Source: Magallana gigas (taxonomy: Eukaryota). Taken from it: a DNA stretch of 64,000 nt. The translations under genes and the position numbers were made by a program. The stretch is from the NCBI RefSeq assembly GCF_963853765.1, contig NC_088854.1:36952001-37016000 (forward strand). The letters are read 5' to 3'. The notes beneath the pieces were generated by a model. That model saw only the letters and a program-made list of their open reading frames with translations, was not told the DNA's origin and made no database searches. Positions 1 to 12,331 of the stretch are shown in pieces. The number at the start of each line of letters is the position of its first letter. Position 1 is the stretch's first letter.

Positions 1-1430
1 TTGAAGCCGAAGATTCATGGCTTAACCTTAAATCGGATTCATTGAAGAAAAAAAAAATTCTTGTATTTATGAGATCTAACTTCAACTGTTAATGAATCAT
101 ACGATTTCACGATCAATTTCTATACTGCTGCAGTATAAAGCAATAAACAATAAAACTTATTTATAAGCATTTGTACAGTGATTTAAATTGCAGCACCAGT
201 ATAATTTATTAATTGACTTCCATTACCATATACACGTATAAAATAATCTGAAAACCTTTGACCAATCCAAGGCAATGTTCTGGCTCGTTTGTTTCCATAT
301 AGCAACAAAACAGTAAAACATTGTAGGTTTTATTTCTGTGCTAGATTCTAAACCCTATGGTAGACCCTTCTAAACTCTCGCTTGTCACTCACTGATTAAA
401 ACGTGTAACACCTTTGAAAATCTGTATATGCAGTAAAAATTAACCGCACAAAATCAAAATTTTTATAACCCCCCCCCCTCCCGCCCATTTCCCAGCTGTG
501 TTACCTCTCTAATTACTATATAGGTTATAGTGCAAAGCGTACTATATAAATATTTTTAAGACACTTCCCTTCCAAATTGTGTCGCAATTGCTTCTGGTAT
601 GAATAAACTTGGTGCTTCTTCATGGAACACGTAGCTCCCTTCCAAGTTAATATTGAAGTTTATTTAGTAACATTTGAATTGAGAGGTCATTGCATTTGTA
701 TAGCCTATACTGTAAAATGACTTCATGTAAGATTTTACTATTTTTTCTGAATTAGTTTCCAATTTCTATAGATGTCCTTCAATATTGTATCTATGTTACT
801 TTTGAACCCATGCCCAATTTGGATTTCCTTGATCATAAGATTAAAAACTTAAATTTTTTGTGCAAAGGTTGGACGAGGCAAAGATATTTTTCATGCCATT
901 TACTTAAAGCTTCAATTCTTACACATTCATTCAAGCGCTCAATTCCAAACGAATGGCATTTCTCTCAAGATTTTATGGGCTCCAAGGGTCATAATTGAAA
1001 CTTTGACGATTAACAAACTGAAGAAGATATTTTAAATTTTTATATTGAATTTAATTGAAATATGATCTATGAATTCCATGATGAGTCCCTTCTTGGTCAT
1101 CAATATTATACCAGCCGCCATACTTTTAATCCATCCGAACATTTCCTTTTCGTATTTATGTATTCCTCAAAGGCTTGGGGTCTCTGTCCAACAAATTTTA
1201 ACGCCTTTAACAAAGGATTGTTTGAGTTGTATTTTGTTTATAGGAACCTAGTAGTGAAAATTTTGTTTGAAATGTTGATAGACGAGGAAACATTTTTTGG
1301 GGCAACAATTGATTAGAAATAACAGTACTAGTCAAACGGATCATAGCTACTGAAAAAAACCCGGGCAATTCTCTTCAACCCTTCAACCCAATATATGTTA
1401 TATAACGCATTTGATTTTGCTCATTTGTAG

Positions 1431-3500
1431 AGGAAATCCCGTATGTTGCAGTCATTATCATCTTATAAATGGAACTTGCGAGGGTAAGACAGCAATCCTA
1501 TTCTTACCATGATTTATAACATTTTCAGAATAACAAGTAATTAGTGTTTTGTCATAACTAGCAAGTCGAGTTTGAAAGTCTTTCTTTCTTAAAGCAAACT
1601 GCAGTGTAATATACCCTGCTATTCTAATAATATCTGCAAGTTTGCAACGATTAGTGGTAACTAATTAATTCTTGAACATATATTGTTGATCTTTCTTGGC
1701 CCATCTTACAGAATGCTTGGACGGTTATTTTGGGAGATATTGTACACCGTGCGTTTATCCGTCTTATGGATATTTGTGCCGATTTACCTGTACTTGCTTA
1801 CAACACCTATGTCACAACGCACATGGATGTCAAGGTAAGTGATTCACGTGTACAGTCTGTCCAAAGATATTTTTGCAGCATATTGTGGTAATTTTTAATA
1901 AAAATGCTTATATCTGTACAAGAAGAGCAATTGAAATCGATCAAGGGGAAAAATATCCTAGATCCAAAATATCTTTATTGATTCACTATCGTTTTTCAAT
2001 CGAAAAAAATCACAGGAACGAAAACAGATTTCTAACGTCGATTTATAGTGGGGAATGTTAACATCTTTTCTTGATTCCGAAGTCACGCGGAATACCTCGC
2101 ATAATTTCTCAACGTTATCATCCTGGTACTATCATCTCGTTCGCAATGTAAAACCCTTGTAGATTTGTTTTTATTTTTAACCGTGTATTCAAACCTGACA
2201 AGCTAGAGGGGGCGTTTTAGGGATAAATCTTGGGAATTTTTAATGCTATCGAATGAACATCATTAATTTTAACTCAGACAATGTGCTGCATAAATATCTT
2301 GAGACAGACTATAGTAAGAATTTTATGCAGATAAGCAAAACACACCTCTTTCTAAATTTTAAATCAATGGAAAACGGACATTAGATTAAATAAATTCATA
2401 CAATTAGCTGCTGTTAAGATATATTTCAATATATGTGGATGTATTTTATGCTTTTGATACTCTTTGCTGGAGGAATTGAGTAGTTAATGTCTGAGACAAA
2501 GTGCACAAACCAAGTAACCAAAGGATATGCTAAATGCCCAATCAAATCAACTTATGTCCTAACCATTTGTATATGCACAGTACCGATCAGACCCAACCTA
2601 ACAGAAAGTAAACCCCAACTAAACCCTGGGTTTACTTTCTTGGTTTACTAGACTTGTCCCATAGTAAATCTAAAGTAAACACAGAGTTGACACAGAGAGT
2701 AAACCTGGTCAGAAGTATACCGCTGAAAGCAGCCTCTAACTGTGTATTAATATACAAGGGGCAGAAATAAACAGGCAGTAGAATGGTAAGATGAAAGACG
2801 GATCTGCTTCACACTTCAGTGCGTACAGTTGACCTCAAAAGCAATTTCCAAGTAAACCCCGAGTAAACCAAAATTAAACCCCGAGTGGACCCAAATGTTC
2901 AAAAAGTAAACCCAGAAAAAACCCCAAGTAAACCCCTAAAGAAAACACAGGGTTTAGTTGGGGTTTACTCTGGTATTAGGTTGGGTATGAACGGTACTCG
3001 TTTGTATCTTACATATATACAATAGAATATGTTCAGATTAAATCAATGACAATTTCAAATGATAGGTTCTCTAAGACACTTATAAAATGTAGGTTCGTGT
3101 AAATCAGAGCCTACTATTTATTGATGGTATATTTATCTTGTTTTAAAGTTTTTAACATAAATGTCGAAATAGTAGAACACTGAGTACATAGTTGCAATGC
3201 TTGCAGGAGACATTATAATGCAACGTAACTTATAACTGTATATTGACTAAGCATGTATATCCATACTAGTTTATGCTCATCAATATATACACAGAATCAA
3301 CAATGCAGACTACAGCACAGACACCGGAAACTACGAAAACTTCACCCATGATGGCAGAACGGTCTTCCTCAATGCTAACAACCACCACCAAAACGTGGAC
3401 TGCCGCATCGTTCAGTTCTATATACCTGGCTTTGTCGTCAATCAGTACATACAGTTCAAAAGTCAGAGGTAAATTTTATAAAAGAATATTTACTAGGTAG
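1431..3500 (+). CDS. MEGF10/SCARF-like Cys-rich receptor paralog A (5'-partial; TM and cytoplasmic tail absent). Exons 1431-1483, 1712-1834, 3295-3500 (alternative donor after 3468)
   Basis: AG/GT-bounded exons join in frame: [17 protein letters not shown] + [41 protein letters not shown] (EGF-like) + Ser/Thr-rich stalk ESTMQTTAQ..., ending at TAG 3498-3500. Family assignment comes from the Cys spacing pattern. Confidence 0.7.
2581..2996. mobile_element. MITE with about 48-bp imperfect terminal inverted repeats, TA at both termini
   Basis: 5' taccgatcagacccaacctaacagaaagtaaaccccaactaaaccctg vs reverse complement of the 3' end taccgttcatacccaacctaataccagagtaaaccccaactaaaccctg. Internal gtaaaccc repeats. 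Absent from the paralogous intron of copy B. Confidence 0.8.
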
Positions 3501-5299
3501 TAAATAAATAGTAATGAGCACAACTATAAAATATATACAATGAAAAGTAGGGAAAAGTAAAACAATTGAGGAATTACTATCATATTAAGTTTTCTTAAGC
3601 TAACTTAATTTGAAAATAATTCGGTGTATGGAAATAACAAACACATGTATGATTCACTGTTAAATGTTCTAGTCAATGGATAAGAATGGCGGTAAAAAGA
3701 ATAAAATTAGATGTACAAAACGAAAAACAAAGATTCAATATGTAAGTACTTATCATAATAACAGCTATCAAAGAAGAAGTTAATTGCTACGATTGTCAAA
3801 CAACCGTCCGATCAGACCTATACAAACACATGAGATATTTATACAACTATTATACATATGAAGCGTTTTTCATACATGCAAGAGAATATTACATACATGT
3901 ATACAGCTTATAACCATATGTATGTAATTTTAATTTAATCAGAGAAAACTTGACATTGTGAGAATTTTGCCGAACACAAACTTGGATTGTTTTCTATGCC
4001 AATAAATAAGTCTTCTGTATATAAATTTTGGGTATTTGGTTCGGTAACACATCGACCATCTCAATGATGAACGACATCAATTAGACATTATAAACGTCTT
4101 CAGTTAAAATCAAACCGTTCATTTTTTGGGATCGCTGGCTGTTGCTTTAAAAAGTTAGTCCGTACATTTCTTTTCGTAATTGATGCCGTCCGTCATTGAA
4201 TTACTGTTTCGTCTCTGAGCTATTTCGAAAATGTGTTGTGTAAAGTTTTAAAAACTCCTTTTGTCGCCTATGAAAGTTATTGTCGTGAAATCAACAAAAA
4301 AGTAACTCATCAAAATCTACCAAATGTAATTAGACAAATTAACTTTTATAATTTAACTAATTATAAATGTGATTCATTATTTATGTCAAAATTATTGATT
4401 GAAAATGACCATCATGTGAAAAAGCACAAGTCGTTAATGAAGTGAAAGTAATGGCATAATTTTGATGTTGATGGAAATAAATGCTTTTTTGTTTAAAAGA
4501 ATTAACTAAAACTAAAAAGAAAAAGAAAATGTAGTCTCTAAAACTCTTGTGTATGATAGTAAGTAAAAGTGAAACTATCTGTAATATTTTGTAAATAATG
4601 TAATTATGATCTACGCGTTTCTTGTTGTGTAAACGCGAGTAGGGTGTTGAGGAGTACATGTGTATTTGAGAATCCTTGGCATAACATCAATAATAGTTTT
4701 TGAGAAAGCAGCAGGTTTGGCGGTGATTCATGCGATAGATTACGTCATTTGAAGTACGAACTGTCTTTTTGATTTGTATGCAGTTGGTCGATCATTAATG
4801 GTTTTATTTCTCATACAAACATTAACAAGGTGTATTTTTTATCTCTTTTATGTGAAATATTTCCTAAATTTGTTTTTTTTCAGGTGTTTTTATACGTCTT
4901 TGTTATGTATTTGACTAAAAACGATAGTAAGTTATTTTGTGTTGCGTTCTTGTTTTCCTGAAAGCACATGCGTTCTAGTTTTCATACATTTGAGTTATAA
5001 TCATTACATACATGTAGTTATCCTTGTAACTAAGAGTAGTACTTTCAAAATACATGAACATAAAATGAAAGATATTTTCAGGTGGATACATTGATTGAAA
5101 GCATGTGTGGTATTTTTCTCTGCTTTGTATTAGGGAAACTGCCCAACTACATACATTTATGCAATAGGGTTTCCGAGTTCTCACTTTGTTTAAGTTGGAT
5201 AAAAACAAAAGAAGTAAATGTATGAAAAAGATTTCAAATGGCTAGTTTTGGGGGATTGGTGTTAATTAAACATTTCTTGGTTTATCAGAAGCGATTAAA

Positions 5300-5805
5300 T
5301 TCAGGGAGCTCAAATCTGGAGCTCGTCAGCTTCCATTTTAACTAAAGTAAGATTATTCAACAGCCTGGTCCTTTCAGTCTTATTATATGACAGCGATACA
5401 TTAAAACAACAGAGCGGGACAAAAAAAATTAACACCTTTCAGAATGATGCCTAGAAAAATCCTAAGGGTAAGATGGCCAAATATAATTTCAAATGAAGAA
5501 CTTTACATGAGAACAAAAAAAAACTCGAGTAAGCATCATCATACTTATGAGAAAATGGAATTGGATTCGCCATGTTCTAAGATTGCAGAACCACAGAATT
5601 TGTACCACCGCATTGGCATTGCATCCAGAAGGAAAACGGAAAGTAGTCCGACCAAAAACAACATGACGCAGAACCACAGAGCAGGAAAGATCACAGCTGG
5701 AGTGGAATAGCTGGGCGTCAGCGAGGGCAGCAGCCAACGAAAGGGACAGGTGGAGGCAGTGTATCCAGGCCTTATGTACCAGCGGGCACGATGAGGTTAG
5801 GTGAT
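5300..5805 (+). mobile_element. RTE-clade non-LTR retrotransposon, 3' fragment (degenerate ORF2 C-terminus)
   Basis: Translation across frameshifts and a stop: TKVRLFNSLVLSVLLYDSDT...RKILRVRWPNIISNEELYMRTK...RKWNWIRHVLR...PEGKRKVVRPKTT*RRT...DRWRQCIQALCTSGHDE. This is the typical RTE ORF2 C-terminal pattern. Confidence 0.85.
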
Positions 5806-5959
5806 GTAAAACAGATGACTATAATTCCAATGCAACATGTGTCAAACAGTGGAATCTCCTGTATCCGCTTTAAGGGATATTCCATGTATTTCATCTTAAA
5901 CCTGTTACTTTGGTAAAATGGAAAGAGTCAATTTTCAAGATGGTCATTTCTCAATATTT

Positions 5960-6402
5960 ACAGAAAAATTTACTATTCAACCAAAATTTGAATGTCATTC
6001 GTTGACTTATAAACGAGACACAGAGCTAATGCATCTTTTTGGTTTATACAAAGCCCAGGTCATGTTTTTGTTTACAATTTAAATTTTAAAAAGAGAATTC
6101 CAGATTCAGACCTTAAATGAATGTGACAAACGCTATTAACTAGCAAATGGGAAAATCAGCATTAAAAAACTTATTTACTAAAATAACGGTATATTGAACC
6201 ATACGAATGTATACAAAAACATGGCACGAATTCTGTTTACATAACAAAAAGTTGTAAGTTCTGTATCTTGCGTATAATTCTACGACAGACGCTCAAATTT
6301 GGGTTGATCATTATACAAATGCATTAATTAAAAAGGGGTTGTAAACAATGTAAATAGATAAATACAATTTAATAAAAAAAAAATCGCGACCATGCTACTT
6401 TA
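5960..6402. mobile_element. Partial copy of the TTAA-flanked MITE family at 7648-8155
   Basis: Shares aatttgaatgtcattcgttgacttataa with 7750-7780. Ends in aaaatcgcgaccatgctactttaa, similar to the TIR aaaatcgtgaccatgcccctttaa. Confidence 0.6.
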
Positions 6403-6433
6403 AAGATAAGTTGTGCTGACTATTAGAGTAACC

Positions 6434-6500
6434 GGACTGACGGACTGACTGACTGTTTGACTGACGGGGGACTAAAAAACAGTACACCCCTCGCAACTTT
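6434..6500 (+). repeat. GACT/GACG microsatellite plus start of a terminal hairpin; probable Helentron/pearl-type element 3' end
   Basis: ggactgacggactgactgactg...gacgggg followed by acacccctcgcaact, resembling the end of the element at 48171-48616. Confidence 0.45.
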
Positions 6501-7018
6501 TCCAACCCTGCGCTGAGTTTAATTACTCAGAATAAGCTTTCTGATTGATGAGCTGGTCTTGATTTCAACATAAAGGCAATGATCCTATAATGTAACTACA
6601 TGTTTAGGATGCTTTCTCGCTTGTATACAACGGAAATAAGAACCAAACTGCCAGAAAGCTGTCTCATGGGACGTTCAATCTGTCCAATTTGATGTAATTT
6701 TTTTATTGCAAAAACACATTAAAAATCTGTATTAAAGTAGTTTAAAGCGCCCCGCTCTTAGTAAAAGCAAACAAGCTTGATTACCAACAAATAGAGTAAA
6801 CGTAGATAATTTCAACATACGTGTGCATGCCTTTTCTAAATGCATTTACAGGGAAGTTGAACGGTCTTCTATCTGCTTGGCAGCATCAGCTTACGTAAAC
6901 TTCCCATGACCACAAACGGAAATTAAACACATAGTCAACAGAGTATTCAATATTCACTATTGTTCACATCTTTTATTTTTGGGCTGATATACTTAGAGAT
7001 CTAGACTAGATTTCAAAA

Positions 7019-10000
7019 ATGACCGTCAAAATAGGCGTATGTTCTTACAAAAAGTAAGTTCTATATATTTATATTTAAATTCCATTCAAATACGTTAACT
7101 TTCATTTGGGGACTTATAATCCTTTTCAGATTCAAAATGAATATTCATATTCTATAAATAATTATTTGCTTAACCAAATAAACAATTGTGTTCATGAAAT
7201 AGTTTTATAAGGGACAATCCAGATAATTTGTTTTTATCTTACTGTTCTAAAAAAGATTTTAAAGAGTCGTTTTTCATTTTTGTTCCAATTTTGACCTCAA
7301 TGTCGAGCAACTTTAAAACTAATTCGTAGTTCAAGTAATGCTAAGTCGGTCACAATTAAAAGTATCGAAATTGCAATTTTAAATACTACCAAAAAAATAA
7401 TAATTGTATAATAATATAAAAAAAAAATTGAAATTCATGTAGTGATATCAAACAAAAGCATTTAAGAAAAAAAGTAATGAAAATGATTTAAACATATTAT
7501 TCAATTCGAGAAGGTGATGTTTAATTAACTAGTACTGCTCAATGTACAGGAAGTATTGTTTATATTTTCTTTTAGTGATAAGCCTGTGTGCTGCACATAT
7601 TACCATCTAAAAGACGGAATATGTACAGGTAAGAAATAATATCTTAAAGGGGCATGGTCACGATTTTGGTCAAAAATTATTTTTCCAATTTTAATTTTTC
7701 CAATTTTAATGTTTACAATGCTTCATTAAGGCAGTTTTAATAGGCAACCATAATTTGAGTGTCATTCGTTGAGTTATAAGTGAGTTACAGAGTTTGAAAT
7801 TCTTTGCTATGTAAACAAAGCGTTTGTTTACATTTTGAATGTTGAAGTGAAAATTCCTTTTTTAGACATAAAATGAATGTGTTAAACATTAGGAACTGTT
7901 TATGTTGGCTTAAAATGAATAAAAAGATATACAAATCAGATTTTAAACGTTTTTTATTGGTATATTAAACATATGTAAACAAAAACAGGAAACGAGCCTT
8001 GTTTACACAACAAAGAATTGCAAGCCCTGTATCCTGCTTATAACTCTACGAATGACTCTCAAATTTCATTTGATCATTAAAAATGCATTCTTAAAGCATT
8101 TTAAATAATAAAAAACACAAAAATAGAACTTGACCCAAATCGTGACCATGCCCATTTAATTATATACATACATACACCTATCAGCGAAGAGCAAGTGATT
8201 TTGACAGTAAAAGTCCAGGGAGTTTACTATTTTTTCTATACCCGGAGAATTTAACAAGAAAAAAAAAATTAAATCTGACAACTTTTTTTTTCATTCGGAG
8301 ATTCTTGGACCACCACGCTTAATTTTACAACACCGTCACTTGTTACTCTCACGTTGTTTGCAAAACAGATTTCTTGTAAATTTTTTATCTTTCGCCATGT
8401 TTTTTTTAACCTGACAATGGGTGTTTTAAAACACAACCTTTTGTTAACCTTTAAAACATCAAATTCTCACATGATTTCTTGTTCATTACGGATATATTCT
8501 CTTAATTCTTTTACATATCAAGTTTTTGTTGTTCTGATTTGTCTTTTAAAAATTGTTGTCAAATGACAATAAATGCATAATTACAATACCTTTATCTAAT
8601 CAAACTATCCCAAAAGTGTTCAGATCTTTCTTTTTACATACAAAAATGAAAAATGTCCCAAACATTTTTTTAAAAAATACTGGTTTATAAAAGTTCCAGA
8701 AAACCCATATCAATATTTGAAAGCATTTATCGATTTATTCTTCTTAGAACAATGAAATTATGTTTCAAAAATATACTAAATCATTCCTTTTTATCTTATA
8801 AGTACGGTGTCTTATATTGAAACGATTCACAGAGGATTTGAATTTCTACTACACCTTCTTTTGGTGATTCATATGGGCATGGCACTAACGCGGTTTCTGC
8901 AATGATCGTTAGACCTTCACAGCCCGCATAAATCATCAAAGATAGCATTTTTTGTTTATTTTCACATCTTTCTTTCTTAAAACAAATATTGCTTTCAATG
9001 GTCTAGAGAAGGACTTAGATGCATTTTCTATGGTTTGTGTGAACTTTTTGTTAGTTGTGACGTATGAGTAGTCAATGAATGGACAAATTACACTAACCAA
9101 AGGTGATTTTGAATGTCAAATTTAATCAGTAATGATATCTAATTCAGAAAATGTCAGGGATATGTATTGGAAATACAGAAAAGGCAAACAGATATGCTTA
9201 ATCTAGACATGAAACCCATTTTAAAATTTAAGCTATAAAAAAGACTGGTCATATTATTTTATACAAAAACCCAGTAAATGCTTTAAATCGGCATAAATTA
9301 TTATACTGGTATTAAAGAAACGTCACATAAAAAAAATCTATACATTTTCTTTTCTGGCATATACTTTTTTAATTATAATGCTTCAATACAAAGAGTTTAT
9401 TTATCACATTTGTGCATACACAGAATCAACAAATCAGTCTACAGCACAGAAATCTGAACAGTCAGTACAGCCAACGATACTAACAACAATAGCAACAACA
9501 GAACCTCGACTCGTGATGACAAAACGGTCTTCCTCAATGCTAAAAACCAACACCAAAACGGGGACTGCCGGATCGTTCAGTTCTACACACCTGGCTCTGA
9601 CGTCTCTAGAGGCAACTCCAATGCCTGGTTCTACGGGCGTTCCCCCAGAGCATACGTCACAGACGTCTGTCATTATCATCGTCGGAGGTCTAATATGTTC
9701 CTTTCTCATTTTCATACTAGGCATCCAAATCCACAGCAATTTTCTGAAACGGAAAAACGCATCTAGGCGAAAAATTGGTGAAAATCTTTTCAACCTCTAC
9801 GAAATGGAAGATGTCTACAACCACATTGAAGACGGTCATGTCTCAATGACCTCAGATAAGTACGATGTTGTTGCAAATCAGAATGATGCAGAGAGCTCGA
9901 CTTCTTCCAACATCAGTCCAAAATTTGACAAACCTAATAAAAACCTTGCTCCAACCTGCGTTTATTCAAAGACAACAAGGGATGGTAATATTTGTCATAG

Positions 10001-10214
10001 CCCTACCCAGAGCCAAGATAATTTATACATTGATCCAGTAGCCAAACTGTGTAATGGTTACACAGATCTTGTAGCATCACCACCAAGAAATGAAATGCAG
10101 GAAGAGACGGGTGAAAATAATCCAAAGGAAGCTTTTCAGAAAGTGGATTCAAGTCTGGTTAATGAAGAGCAAAACATACAAAAAGACAATTATCTCGATG
10201 TAGTACAACAATAA
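7019..10214 (+). CDS. MEGF10/SCARF-like receptor paralog M (middle copy, lacks EGF exon). Exons 7019-7053, 7576-7628, 9424-10214; true 5' end uncertain
   Basis: In-frame splicing gives MTVKIGVCSYK-N-DKPVCCTYYHLKDGICT-E-STNQSTAQ..., then an S/T stalk, TM VIIIVGGLICSFLIFILGIQI and a Tyr-motif tail ending DNYLDVVQQ. The 53-nt exon has the same length and phase as the corresponding exons in A and B. Confidence 0.7.
7648..8155. mobile_element. Non-autonomous DNA transposon with TTAA target duplication (Kolobok-like)
   Basis: ttaa|aggggcatggtcacgattttggtcaa ... ttgacccaaatcgtgaccatgcccat|ttaa. About 26-bp TIRs, TTAA at 7644-7647 and 8156-8159, purine-purine 5' end as in Kolobok. Confidence 0.8.
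8858..8950. repeat. Degenerate palindromic end of the repeat family at 17078/46809/58918
   Basis: ctttt ggtgattcatatggg...ctaacgcgg...tgcaatgatcg...cccgcataaatcatcaaagatagcatttt matches the palindromic terminus of those copies. Confidence 0.55.
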
Positions 10215-11144
10215 AAACTGACAAAACTTAACAAACAGGACAAAACTGATTATGTAAGCTATTAATTACCAGTAGTTGATAAAATTGGCAGTTCAACATA
10301 CATTTACTTTATGCACACGTCACATCCTTACATGGTGAACTGCTTATTTACTGATAACGGACGATCAGGTACATAATGCTGGATAGGTCACGGAATGCCG
10401 GTATTCGTTGTGATGATCTTTAAATCTTAATTTATGATTCTTATATTCGAAGTTTTCAAATGAGTTTGACTAATTACATGTATATAAATTATAATATTTT
10501 TGTGATAATAAATGGAAACATACTTATTTTGTGCTATTGCTTGATATTATAATAAATGTAAGTTCATGAACTTGTTTTCTTGATTTGTGTATATTTAATC
10601 ATTTTTGGAAAATAAACAAAAATGTCACTATTACAATTATCAACAATCAGAAAATTGGATATTTTAAAAAAAAAACCTGCTTAGCTTATAAAGATGTTCA
10701 TTTACCTTATCAAAACATGCAATAATCAAAGGTGATAGCTCTTCTCAATAAATTGTTTGATATAAGGAATTTCCATGAATTATCCTCAGAAGAAATATTT
10801 TTTTCAATATAATTCATGTACATACAATTATACAAATATCAGCCAATCAAGTTAAAGCGTCCATTTTCTTATGAGGAATTTTTTTTATGTTTTTATGAAA
10901 ATTTTACTGCAACTCTATTGTGATCCTATTATAATTCACAGAGGTTAATTTCATGTTTTTAAACTGGCCATATTTTTTTTTTTTATTCGTTGGAAAGGGA
11001 CTCCGATACACCCCTCTTTAAACAATTATTAATGCAACTTGCTAAGTTAATATATAAGATTTGATGGAAATGAGCGCAAGTGTTTAGAAAAGGTCAAAAT
11101 ATCTTAAAGACGAACAAACGATAGACATAGAGAAAAAATGGATA

Positions 11145-11261
11145 CCTTTTTTTCATATCACAGCCAGTATCAGCCCGATACACCAATATCAGCCCGAGTG
11201 CCGAAGGCCGGAGGTATGATATTAGTCGAGGGCTGATACAAGCTGTGATATCGAAAAAAGG
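11145..11261. repeat. Palindromic repeat element with central gccgaaggc mini-hairpin
   Basis: Arms tttttcatatcacagc..gtatcagccc and gggctgatacaagctgtgatatcgaaaaaa flank cccgagtgccgaaggccggagg. Confidence 0.65.
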
Positions 11262-11627
11262 ATTATTATTATTATTAAATTTATTACAAACTTAATAATA
11301 AATTTTGTTTGAAAACATTAACTTGAACAAATTGATTTTAAATATCATTTAAAAGTAGGTTGTATATGTATTAAATAAAAATATATGATCATATTGTTTT
11401 ACCAAACATGAAGCTACAGTACAAGGATTTCCCCAGGTTTTCAAATTAACTGCTCCAAAATATTTGCTGGTATATTTAGTTTTAAACTGCACTTAAAAAT
11501 GTGGACTGTATCAAATGCCTTTTTTTTCAATGTTGATATGCACAAATGCCGAATCGAAAGAAGGCAGAGGAGTTCTGCAACAAGGGGTGTGATACGAATC
11601 CGTATCAGTCGGAGGCCGATACGAGTT

Positions 11628-11801
11628 NNNNNNNNNNNNNNNNNNNNNNNNNNNNNNNNNNNNNNNNNNNNNNNNNNNNNNNNNNNNNNNNNNNNNNNNN
11701 NNNNNNNNNNNNNNNNNNNNNNNNNNNNNNNNNNNNNNNNNNNNNNNNNNNNNNNNNNNNNNNNNNNNNNNNNNNNNNNNNNNNNNNNNNNNNNNNNNNN
11801 N
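11628..11801. other. Assembly gap (174 N)
   Basis: Run of N characters. Confidence 1.
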
Positions 11802-12092
11802 AAAAGTATAGTACTTCAATCTCCAGTTTAGCTGGACTACAAAAATTATGTAATTAAATCTGTATAATAAATTAATGTCTTAAATACACTTTCTATTGAT
11901 TATGATGTATTTCAAAAACGTTGTATTTTTATACATGCAATCAGGAAATTAGATGGTCTACAACCTGGAAGTATCATCGGCAAAGCAGCTTGTGTGTAAA
12001 AACATTGTCAAGTGCCTGTGTGCATAATTATTGAAATTATTTAATAATAGTACATATAGAATGCATTGATTTAAAATAGTTCCGCATTTCAG

Positions 12093-12241
12093 TAAAAATG
12101 AGCACCAAAAACGGCGTGTGTGGTTACAAAGCGTGAGTTTCATTACTTTATTGCTTATTCATTTTTAACTTTATTCACATTTGTTTACAATAGTTCAGTG
12201 ATTTCACTTAATTTTAAGGAAATAATATTGTATTTGCCGGG

Positions 12242-12331
<90 letters not shown>

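Larger units (their letters stand above)
1..4680 (+). repeat. Segmental duplication unit, copy 1 (paralogous to about 12520-19205)
   Basis: Long colinear similarity seen by eye: 1 ttgaagccgaagattc vs 12525 ttgaagccgaagattc, and 3660-3750 vs 17945-18030 (gttaaatgttctag...ggataagaatggcggtaaaa). Similarity continues to gtacatgtgtatttgagaatccttg at about 4675 and 19205. Interrupted by copy-specific indels. Confidence 0.9.

Noticed and set aside
6851-6893. Possible signal-peptide exon of paralog M (tttacag|ggaag...cttac|gtaaac)
   Set aside because: No frame gives a start codon with a hydrophobic core, and phase compatibility cannot be established.
11499-11857. ORFs containing long X runs
   Set aside because: Artefacts of the N gap.
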